Shown piece after piece: positions 1 to 7,403 of a stretch of 64,000 nt of DNA. Every line of letters starts with the position of its first letter. Within the stretch, counting starts at the first letter, position 1. The DNA comes from a virus (Duplodnaviria > Caudoviricetes). Below the pieces are notes generated by a model, which saw only the letters and a list, made by a program, of their open reading frames with translations, was not told the origin of the DNA and made no database searches. The stretch is from positions 1 through 64,000 of IMG/VR virus record IMGVR_UViG_3300027874_000010. One strand, 5' to 3'. A program made the position numbers and the translations under genes.

Positions 1-401
1 TACCAACGGGTCGAGTTCAAGACACCCGTGGTGTGCTGCGCCAGTTCGTACATCTGGTCGAAGCTCGGCCACAGCGTGGACGCCCCGACGTGGTAGCTGC
101 GGAACACCCGCTCGACGCAGTTGGTGTCCATCAACCCGTAGTCCGGATTGACGCACTGCGGGTAGCCGATGTCGTAGGCCACGCTCTCGCGCGCCGCGTT
201 CACGTCCAGGCCGGTCGCCTGCAGCACCCAGGTCGTAGCGCACACCGAGCACGTCCAGTCGTACACCTGGGGAGCCATCCACAGGTCACGGTGGCGGTCG
301 AAGTAGTCGTACCAGCCCAGGACCGGTGTGATCGGCTCGGGCTGCGGCGCGTAGATCGGCACCGCGACGTTCTGAGGTGCGAAGGCAGCTACGCTAACCA
401 T
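1..401 (-). CDS. C39-like cysteine peptidase (putative cell-wall peptidase), truncated by window edge
   Basis: Manual translation MVSVAAFAPQ...APQVYDWTCSVCATTWVL...LNSTRWY; QxxxWxCS oxyanion/nucleophile motif; ATG overlaps upstream stop. Confidence 0.6.
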   Translation of the reverse strand, partial: MVSVAAFAPQNVAVPIYAPQPEPITPVLGWYDYFDRHRDLWMAPQVYDWTCSVCATTWVLQATGLDVNAARESVAYDIGYPQCVNPDYGLMDTNCVERVFRSYHVGASTLWPSFDQMYELAQHTTGVLNSTRW

Positions 402-636
402 TGGCGATGTAAGCTCCGTCGTCCGCGTTCCAGCCGATGACGACGCCACTGGTGAAGCCCTGCTGGACACCCGCCTCGGTCGGGATCTCGGGGGTGCACG
501 GCAGGCCCGGGTTCGCCATAGCCGGGTCGTTGCGAAGCTCGCGCCAGAACTTGTAGATCGCGGCGTCCGGATTGAGCACCAGATCGGGCAGCACGGCACG
601 CCAGAGTTGGTCGTCAATGTAAGACCCGTAAGCCAT
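394..636 (-). CDS. LGFP-repeat-like small protein
   Basis: NPDAAIYKFW...PGLPCTPE...VQQGFTSGVVIGW resembles an LGFP repeat; paralog of 646-879. Confidence 0.5.
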   Translation of the reverse strand: MAYGSYIDDQLWRAVLPDLVLNPDAAIYKFWRELRNDPAMANPGLPCTPEIPTEAGVQQGFTSGVVIGWNADDGAYIANG

Positions 637-645
637 GACAGCCTC

Positions 646-879
646 CTAGCTCGACACCAGTCGAGCACCTTCGTCGGCACTCCACTCGATGACTGCGCCC
701 GACGAGAAGGCTTGCTGCACGCGACCCTCGCCCACGGCCTGCTCCGTCGTGATCGGCGGACCCAGGAAGTGGTCGTCGTCGCGGTACGCCCGCCACAACT
801 TGTAGATCGCGGCGTCCGGATTGAACGGGGTATCAGCCCCGAGCACGGACTGCCAGATCAGATGGTCGATCATGCTCAT
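646..879 (-). CDS. LGFP-repeat-like small protein
   Basis: NPDAAIYKLW...FLGPPITTE...VQQAFSSGAVIEWS. Confidence 0.55.
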   Translation of the reverse strand: MSMIDHLIWQSVLGADTPFNPDAAIYKLWRAYRDDDHFLGPPITTEQAVGEGRVQQAFSSGAVIEWSADEGARLVSS

Positions 880-989
880 CGGCTATTCCCTCTCGCCAGG
901 CATTGGCACGTACAACGACAGGTCAGGCCGACTACGCGACGACCTGGCCGGGTGGACCGGTTGGGTGGACCAGGCGCAGCGGCTTCATC

Positions 990-1280
990 TCAGAACGCGC
1001 CCACCTTCTGCGCCATCTTGCACGGATGCTGCTCCAGCTTGAGCTTCGGCTGGCCCTCGCTCTCTGAGTCGGGAGGCCAGAAGCAGCACTGTGAGCAGCG
1101 CGGGTCGTAGCAGTGCAGCGACCCGATGATGTCGTTATGCGGTGTCAGCGGCGTGCCGCAGTGCGGGCACAGCAGGGGTACCTCGTCGGTGTCGTCAGAC
1201 ACGATCTCGACGGTGGGGGTGGTGGTAGGGGCCGTCTGTTCGGACTCGTCGCCCCAGGGATCTGCTGCCATGCCCGCCAT
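990..1280 (-). CDS. Zn-finger hypothetical protein
   Basis: CPHCG...HC...C..CC; real start at the internal MAGMAAD of ORF 990-1634. Confidence 0.55.
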   Translation of the reverse strand: MAGMAADPWGDESEQTAPTTTPTVEIVSDDTDEVPLLCPHCGTPLTPHNDIIGSLHCYDPRCSQCCFWPPDSESEGQPKLKLEQHPCKMAQKVGAF

Positions 1281-1282
1281 TA

Positions 1283-1750
1283 TCACGCCGCCCGGACGAA
1301 GACGCGGTTGGTCAGCCCGAGCGCGTCCTTGGCGTTGATCGGCAGGTTGCCCGTGTGCTTGTAGCGGAACATGAGCACCGAGAAGGTGATGTTCGCCACC
1401 AGCGGGTTGACCACCACGCGCACGAAGCGCCTGGGTGGGCGGTACGCCTCGATCCAGTACAGGCCCGTGGTCGTCCCTGCCGCAGGCGTCGATGCCGCAG
1501 CACCGGTGCCCGCGTCCACGATGGGCGTCAGGTTCTGAGTGAACGCCGCGTCGTCGGCCATCTGCAGGTACGCCTGCCAGGTGCCCGTCGCCACGACAGC
1601 CGCGATGTTGACCAGCGCGGCCACGCCATCCCAACCCGTCATGTTGACGCCCGCACCGTTGACCAGCGCGCCGAAGCCCGGCGCACCTTGCGGCACCTCC
1701 ACCGACTCCAACAGGACGGCCGAGATTGGGGAGTGGTTCATCATGACCAT
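1283..1750 (-). CDS. putative capsid decoration/cement protein
   Basis: Downstream of MCP; GVNMTGWDGVAAL motif; beta-rich; paralog of 1754-2134. Confidence 0.5.
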   Translation of the reverse strand: MVMMNHSPISAVLLESVEVPQGAPGFGALVNGAGVNMTGWDGVAALVNIAAVVATGTWQAYLQMADDAAFTQNLTPIVDAGTGAAASTPAAGTTTGLYWIEAYRPPRRFVRVVVNPLVANITFSVLMFRYKHTGNLPINAKDALGLTNRVFVRAA

Positions 1751-1753
1751 GAC

Positions 1754-2134
1754 TTACGTGGCCCTTCCGCCCGCCCTCGTCGGTGCTGGAGAAGGAGGCA
1801 TGTTGCCCGTGTGCCTGAACCTGAAGGCGTACACCGGCGCGGTCGCCGTCATCACCGCGATGTAGCGTTTCGCGGGTCGCCAGACTTCCAGCCAGCCAGG
1901 AGGCGTGAAGCCCGCGCCAAGCTGGATTGCCGTGCCACGATCAACCTCGACAATCGGGTTGACGACGTTCTGCGTCATGGCCGAGTCGTCGGCCCCCGCC
2001 GCGACAGCAGCGGTCGTGCCGCTGGCGCACAGGAAGGCGATGCCATCCCATCCGCGCATGTCGATGCCGGTGCCAACCGCCGCGACGGACATCGTGAAGC
2101 CGTCGCTAAACCAGAGGTGGTAGCCGTCAGGCAT
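1754..2134 (-). CDS. putative capsid decoration/cement protein
   Basis: First gene after MCP; GIDMRGWDGIAFL...RYIAV...FRFRHTGNMP. Confidence 0.5.
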   Translation of the reverse strand: MPDGYHLWFSDGFTMSVAAVGTGIDMRGWDGIAFLCASGTTAAVAAGADDSAMTQNVVNPIVEVDRGTAIQLGAGFTPPGWLEVWRPAKRYIAVMTATAPVYAFRFRHTGNMPPSPAPTRAGGRAT

Positions 2135-2204
2135 TGGTGCGTCTCCTCAACTCCGTTTCCCACTGATCCGTAGATCCCCTGTCATGGCGAGCGGGAGGTG
2201 GAAC

Positions 2205-2228
2205 GGGGCCACCGACAGGTGTGGCCCC
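2205..2228 (-). terminator. 8-bp GC hairpin after MCP (terminator/attenuator-like)
   Basis: GGGGCCAC-N8-GTGGCCCC; no clear U-tract. Confidence 0.4.
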
Positions 2229-2231
2229 TGG

Positions 2232-2247
2232 CGATAACCGGTTATCG
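2232..2247. repeat. 16-bp palindrome copy 1
   Basis: CGATAACCGGTTATCG immediately after MCP stop. Confidence 0.9.
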
Positions 2248-2248
2248 G

Positions 2249-3733
2249 CTAGGTGACGTTGCCCAGGCGGAAGGCGTCGATGTTCCACGGCGCGCCACCC
2301 ACGCGCTCCCACAAGATGATGCCGGTCTGGTCGGTGTCGGCAAACCGCTCGCGGAGGATGGTGATCGTAATCATGGCCCGCTCCGCGATGATGTAGCTGG
2401 AGAAGTCGCCGTACACGAGGCCGACATCACCCGTGGCCGCTGGATGGGTCACGAAATCGGACTTGTTGACGGGCTTGCCGAGGAGCGCTGGCTGCGGGCT
2501 ATCAAAGCCAGGTGCCCAAATGAAGGCACCCATGCCGTTGACCAACTGGCGGATGTCGTTCTCGGTGAGACGGTGGAGCAGCCACTGAGCGCCGTTCTGG
2601 TACTGGGACGGCAGCGCGTACTGCAGGTTCATCAGCTTGGGAGCCGACCCCATCGTCGCCGTGGTGTTGGAGATGGTGTGTGCCGTGGTGCCGGTCACGT
2701 CGAGCGCCGCGATGGGCGCGTTGACGATGCCCTGCGGCTGCATCGGTCCGCCATCGCCACGGATGAAGCCCTGGTCCTCGACCAACGCCATGTTGCGCGC
2801 GCCGTCCGTTGACAGGAACGTCAGCGGGTTGGTGATCGCGTCCGCCAGGAAGTCGTTGCTCAGCCGAGTCGCCACGCGGATCTTGCGGATCGGGATGTCG
2901 AAGAAGCCGAACGCAGGGTCCACGTCCTGAAACGCGGGAGTCTCACCAGCCCACGATCCCACGAAACCGCTGGTGAAGATCGAGCCGCCGTCAGCGCCCA
3001 GGGCACCCGACAGACCCGAGGTCGTGCCTGGCGCGGGCTGGATGCGCGGGAAGCGGAGCACGTCACGGGAGGTTTGACGCACCATCGCCATGCCGCGCAT
3101 GACCGCGTTCATGGGCAGGCGCGCGAGCACCTCGGCCTGCATGTCGGGCGGCACCAGATAGCCACCTGACTGGTCGATGCCTTCGGAGAGCGCCTTCTGC
3201 TCGGACGGCTCCAGCAGCGTGAACGCCATCGCCTCGTTCTTGGTGCGGATGGCGGTCGCGAACCACTTGTTGAAGACCTCTTTGTACTCGGGCTGCAGCG
3301 CCGCGCGAACCTGGCCGAAGTAGCGCTCCTCGTCCTCACCCTGGGGCGTGCCGAACAGCACGCGCTCGGGGTACATCGGGTGCGGACCGAGCGAGGTCGG
3401 CGCGTAGACCTGGCCGCTCTTGATCTCCCAACCCGCCTGGAGCATGGTTTGGCGACCGTCCGAGTCGGCGTTGATCGCGCCGCGCGGGGTCTTGTACTGC
3501 GGCGATTCGAGATAGGTGTGCAGATCTCGAACCTGATTGGCCTTCTTCTCAAGCTCATGCTCAAGATCGAGCCGTGGCTTGAGTTCCTCGGCCTTGGACA
3601 GCAGCGCTTCCAGCTTCATCTTCAACTCGGCTGGCATGTCCGACAGGTTGTCGCGCCAGCGCGGGTCGTCAATGATGAGTTGGGTCTGACGGTGGACCTC
3701 ACCCAACTCGGCGGCGAGTACCTTGACGCTCAT
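2249..3733 (-). CDS. HK97-family major capsid protein
   Basis: Coiled-coil delta domain, EQKALSEGIDQSGGYLVP, FIRGDG...PQGI, YGDFSSY, ERVGG. Confidence 0.95.
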   Translation of the reverse strand: MSVKVLAAELGEVHRQTQLIIDDPRWRDNLSDMPAELKMKLEALLSKAEELKPRLDLEHELEKKANQVRDLHTYLESPQYKTPRGAINADSDGRQTMLQAGWEIKSGQVYAPTSLGPHPMYPERVLFGTPQGEDEERYFGQVRAALQPEYKEVFNKWFATAIRTKNEAMAFTLLEPSEQKALSEGIDQSGGYLVPPDMQAEVLARLPMNAVMRGMAMVRQTSRDVLRFPRIQPAPGTTSGLSGALGADGGSIFTSGFVGSWAGETPAFQDVDPAFGFFDIPIRKIRVATRLSNDFLADAITNPLTFLSTDGARNMALVEDQGFIRGDGGPMQPQGIVNAPIAALDVTGTTAHTISNTTATMGSAPKLMNLQYALPSQYQNGAQWLLHRLTENDIRQLVNGMGAFIWAPGFDSPQPALLGKPVNKSDFVTHPAATGDVGLVYGDFSSYIIAERAMITITILRERFADTDQTGIILWERVGGAPWNIDAFRLGNVT

Positions 3734-3759
3734 GAGTCTCCTTACCCTCCAGTTGGGCT

Positions 3760-5703
3760 TTAGGGTTCGACTGACTGGTACTTAGCCAGTGTCAGTTCCA
3801 TGTCCTTGAGCGCGGCGACGTAGCCGTTGGCTCCCGTGGGCTTGCCGTTCCGCCGCTTGCGGGTCTTGCCCTCGTTGTCTTCTCCCACGCCCTCGGCTGA
3901 AGCGTGGCGGTTCAAATGGGCGATGGCCTTGTCCTCCTGGGACTGGGGGTCGCCCTTCATCTGCGGGGCACGCGACAGGGCGTTGCGGAGGTGCGGCATG
4001 TCCAGCGAGCCGTCGCTCTTGTGGTGCGGGAGCTTGCGGACCTTCTGCCCGGCGTCGTTGGTGTAGACCATCGCGAACGCGGAGTCGGGCAGGTCGCTGA
4101 CGTAGCCGGAGTCCCACTCGGCCTTCTGCTCGAACATCTTGGTGTCGTGCTCGGGGTGGACGGCATCGTGGTGACCCACGAACTCGGTCATCGCCTGCGC
4201 CAGGAAGTCGATGGCCGACGCGCGGTCCTTCTCCTCCTTGCGCTGCGGGTCGTCACGGTCATCACCGTTGACATCCGAGACTTTGGAGTCGTCGTCGTCG
4301 TCGTCATCCCCGTTCTTGGGCTTCAACCACGGCGGCAGATCCTTCTTGGCCTTGCCGCTCGGCGGACGCTTGGTGCCTGGGATCGGGTTGCCGTCCTTAT
4401 CCCAGTGGTCGTGGTCGGTGTCACCCTCGGGCGTCGAGTCGTCGTCGCCGTCGTCGTCCGGATCCCACTTCTTGCGGGCCTTCTCGCCCGCGCCCAGGAG
4501 ATCCATCGCCATCAGCAAGTGGTTGATGCCACCGTGCAGGTTGTCGAGGCTGAGTTCGCCCGCGCTGGTCTTGCCGTCCCAGGCGATGGCCTGGGCGAAG
4601 CGCGCCCGCTCCAGCGCTCGACGGGCGGTGCCGCCGCGCGTCTTGCCGTCCGGGGTCATCGCCTCGTTGAGCGTGCTCTCGTCGCTCTCGGCCCAGGTCA
4701 GCAGTTCGTCCAGCGCCGCCTTGATGTTCTTGAGCTTGGCGCGCATGGTGCCCTTGAGCCGTACGCCGACCTTCTGGCCGTCGAAACCGAGCTTGGTACC
4801 CGTGCTCAGCGCGCGTGCCGCTTCGGACGAATCCAGGCTCAGATCGGCCAGCGTTGCACTGATCTCCGAAAGCGCAGACGTTGCGATTTTGGCCCCGTCA
4901 CCCATGACACCCTCGGCCTGGGCGTGCTGCCGAAGGTGGCCGAGGGCGAACTCGCGGAAGGGGGAGTCGGTGGCGCGATCCAGTTCGCGCTTGACCGCCT
5001 CGACGTTGACCGAGCCGTCTTCGTTGTGGTGGGGGAAGTGGCGCAGGGCGTGAGGGATGGTCTTGCCCTCCATCTGTTCGCCGCCGTCCTCGATGTAGGC
5101 GAACGCCTCGTCTGGAAGCCCCTGGATGAAGGCCGTGCTCCAGACTGGCGTCTCGCCGGTCGCGAAATGCTCGTGGTCCGACATGCCGGCTCCTTTCGTT
5201 CGGGTCTTCACCGCTGTGACGAGCGCCGGCGGCGAGGCGATGACTTGCTTCGCGGCGTACGAGTACTCCATCAGGTCCGCGTCGGTGAGCAGCCGGTACG
5301 TCTTGCCGTCCTTGGTCTGCCACTTCGAGTCGCGCGTCTGGAACCCGATGGACATTCCCAGTGGCTGGCCTGCCGCCTGCAACTCCCTAGCCGTCTGAAG
5401 GAGGTCGTCGCCTGCCTGGGTCTTGAAAATGCGCGTCTTGGTCCACAGGCCACGGTCGTCCGTGCGCATCTCGACCGGGATGCCGACAGGCAGCATCGAG
5501 GAGTTGTGGCCGACGAAGACGGCGATGTCGGATGGGGTCTTCTCGGAAAGCGTCTTGACGAACGCCTTCTTGTCGATCACGTCGCCGTTCAGATCGAGGT
5601 TTCCAAACGTGGCGGCGTAGCCCTCGATTGTCCGCTGCTCGGGATCGACCGCCTTGACCTCTAGGGAGGTCAGGAGTTTGGATTGATCGTCGCGGTCGGG
5701 CAA
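3760..5703 (-). CDS. HK97-type prohead protease with ~470-aa C-terminal extension
   Basis: IEGYAATFGNLDLNGDVI, VGH, GMSIGF, LMEYS; TTG start; duplicated LPDxAFA...LPHH domain. Confidence 0.9.
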   Translation of the reverse strand: MPDRDDQSKLLTSLEVKAVDPEQRTIEGYAATFGNLDLNGDVIDKKAFVKTLSEKTPSDIAVFVGHNSSMLPVGIPVEMRTDDRGLWTKTRIFKTQAGDDLLQTARELQAAGQPLGMSIGFQTRDSKWQTKDGKTYRLLTDADLMEYSYAAKQVIASPPALVTAVKTRTKGAGMSDHEHFATGETPVWSTAFIQGLPDEAFAYIEDGGEQMEGKTIPHALRHFPHHNEDGSVNVEAVKRELDRATDSPFREFALGHLRQHAQAEGVMGDGAKIATSALSEISATLADLSLDSSEAARALSTGTKLGFDGQKVGVRLKGTMRAKLKNIKAALDELLTWAESDESTLNEAMTPDGKTRGGTARRALERARFAQAIAWDGKTSAGELSLDNLHGGINHLLMAMDLLGAGEKARKKWDPDDDGDDDSTPEGDTDHDHWDKDGNPIPGTKRPPSGKAKKDLPPWLKPKNGDDDDDDDSKVSDVNGDDRDDPQRKEEKDRASAIDFLAQAMTEFVGHHDAVHPEHDTKMFEQKAEWDSGYVSDLPDSAFAMVYTNDAGQKVRKLPHHKSDGSLDMPHLRNALSRAPQMKGDPQSQEDKAIAHLNRHASAEGVGEDNEGKTRKRRNGKPTGANGYVAALKDMELTLAKYQSVEP

Positions 5704-5823
5704 GCGCCACCCCGAAGCCCCCTGGCGCTCGCCGGCGCTCTAGGCTGACTAGGGGTTCGCAGACCCTCGAACTATCGCGACGTGCGAATTAGCTGCGAGT
5801 GTGCGACTGCCTCTTGGCTCATG

Positions 5824-6024
5824 TCAAGGCTGGCCGCTACTGTAATAGGCCGTACTTCCGCAGCGCGGACACGTGACCTGGGCGGTCCCGTTCAGGCGAA
5901 ACAACATCTTGTTGCAGAGCCGCTGCGTTTTCGGATTGATCTGGCTGCAGCGGATCGCTTTCAGCGGCGGGCGAAGCTGCGTCGAATCCACGTCGCGGCG
6001 CAACGTTGTTTCTGTTGTTGTCAT
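5824..6024 (-). CDS. Mu Com-like zinc-ribbon protein
   Basis: IRCS...LCNKMLF...VTCPRCG; located between gpF and protease. Confidence 0.6.
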   Translation of the reverse strand: MTTTETTLRRDVDSTQLRPPLKAIRCSQINPKTQRLCNKMLFRLNGTAQVTCPRCGSTAYYSSGQP

Positions 6025-6044
6025 CCCGGGCTGTCCACAGCCTA

Positions 6045-6833
6045 CTACTCGAACACCGGCAGGAATACCCGTACGCAGTTCGGATGCGCGATGGGGTGCT
6101 CCAGTGCGTCCGCTATAGGGAACGTCAGTTGATCCACGCCGTCCGGGTAGTCGGGATCGTCGTGCTCGACCCACCCGCAGCCCTCGCCGTCGCGCACCTC
6201 CACCAGATCCACTGCTGACTCATCATAGGTGTCGAGCGTGGCCCGCGCGGACGCAAACGCAAGCTCGGTGCGAGCGATTGCCGCCGAGCGATTGGCGTAG
6301 GTCTGGTCCACGATGTCGTCCAGGCCGACGTAGCCGTCCTCGGGTACGCCGTGCGCGATCTGGTGCTGGTTGTAGCCGCGCGCGCCGCCCAGGACCAGCG
6401 CGTCCTGAATGGAGTTGCGCGTCACGTCGTTGATCTGTGTCACGCGGTCGCCGGCAATCGACAGGTAGTCGCGCACGCGCGGGTCGTCGGGATCGGGGGC
6501 CTCGGAGCCGATCAGTTCGCTGGCGATGTCCGCCGCCTGGAGGTACTGGTCGCGCAGATCCGGGTTGAGCACGATCTGCAGGCGACGGTCCTCCTCGTTG
6601 GGCATCAGCGGGTCGGCCTGCTCCTTGAGTTCGCCGTAGCCCCACAGCCCGCCCATCCACACCGGGTACGGCAGCGTGGCGCTCTTGGTCCCCAGGTAGC
6701 GCGCGACCACGCGGTCGGACTGCTGGTGGAAGAACAGCCGCAGCCGCACCGTGAGCATGGTGTAGCGGCGTGCCTGGACGTACTTGAAGCGTTGGGTGAT
6801 GCCGGTCTTGTGGCGCTCGGTCAGGGCTACCAT
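6045..6833 (-). CDS. phage minor head protein (Mu gpF / SPP1 gp7 family)
   Basis: RSAAIARTELA...DGEGC...HPIAHPNCVR. Confidence 0.85.
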   Translation of the reverse strand: MVALTERHKTGITQRFKYVQARRYTMLTVRLRLFFHQQSDRVVARYLGTKSATLPYPVWMGGLWGYGELKEQADPLMPNEEDRRLQIVLNPDLRDQYLQAADIASELIGSEAPDPDDPRVRDYLSIAGDRVTQINDVTRNSIQDALVLGGARGYNQHQIAHGVPEDGYVGLDDIVDQTYANRSAAIARTELAFASARATLDTYDESAVDLVEVRDGEGCGWVEHDDPDYPDGVDQLTFPIADALEHPIAHPNCVRVFLPVFE

Positions 6834-6841
6834 CAGGACGG

Positions 6842-7192
6842 ATGATTATCCACAAGCACCATGACGAGCACTTCCAGGCGGACTACATCACCGTCGAAGA
6901 AGCCCTGCCGGTCGAGCAGATCGCCGTCGAACTGTTCGAGTGTCCACAACCGTGGCTGCGCATCTGGAACTTCTCGGACGACGCGGACGGCGTGCACGGA
7001 AAGTTCTCGATCAGCGCCAGCAACGGCACGTGGGTGTACCAGTTCACTCGCAAGCTCTGGTGGCTCGACGGCGTGTACGAGGCCAAGCTGACCGATGGTG
7101 TCGTGCTGCGCAACCCGGTCAGCACGACGGCGGCTAGTGTCGTTGTCCAGGCTCAGCGGGTGGCGCAGGGGCACACGAGTACCGCCCTTTGA
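6842..7192 (+). CDS. hypothetical protein antisense to head operon
   Basis: Strong GC3 codon bias in the + frame; AGGA SD upstream. Confidence 0.6.
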   Translation: MIIHKHHDEHFQADYITVEEALPVEQIAVELFECPQPWLRIWNFSDDADGVHGKFSISASNGTWVYQFTRKLWWLDGVYEAKLTDGVVLRNPVSTTAASVVVQAQRVAQGHTSTAL

Positions 7193-7403
7193 TGTGGTTC
7201 GCGATCACCTTCGCCATCGTGCAGTCGGGATCCGGGTCGTAGTGCGGGATCAGCCCGTCGCGCCGAGCTTCATCTACCCAGGCTTGAGCGGTGCCTTCGA
7301 GGTACTTGGCGCGCGCGGCGTGCAGGACTTCATCCTTCTCGGCGTGGACGTGCCCGGCGTCCACGATGTAGCGCTCGCCGCCTAGCTCGACGCGGGCGCT
7401 CAT
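7134..7403 (-). CDS. hypothetical protein (candidate immunity/partner)
   Basis: MSARVELGGERY...; ATGA-coupled to 7400-9754. Confidence 0.6.
   Translation of the reverse strand: MSARVELGGERYIVDAGHVHAEKDEVLHAARAKYLEGTAQAWVDEARRDGLIPHYDPDPDCTMAKVIANHIKGRYSCAPAPPAEPGQRH

Noticed and set aside
3904-5664. 586-aa plus-strand ORF
   Set aside because: Antisense shadow of the protease gene; GC bias favours the minus frame
6833-7174. Minus-strand ORF that could extend gpF upstream
   Set aside because: Codon bias supports the plus-strand gene; the minus translation is shadow-like
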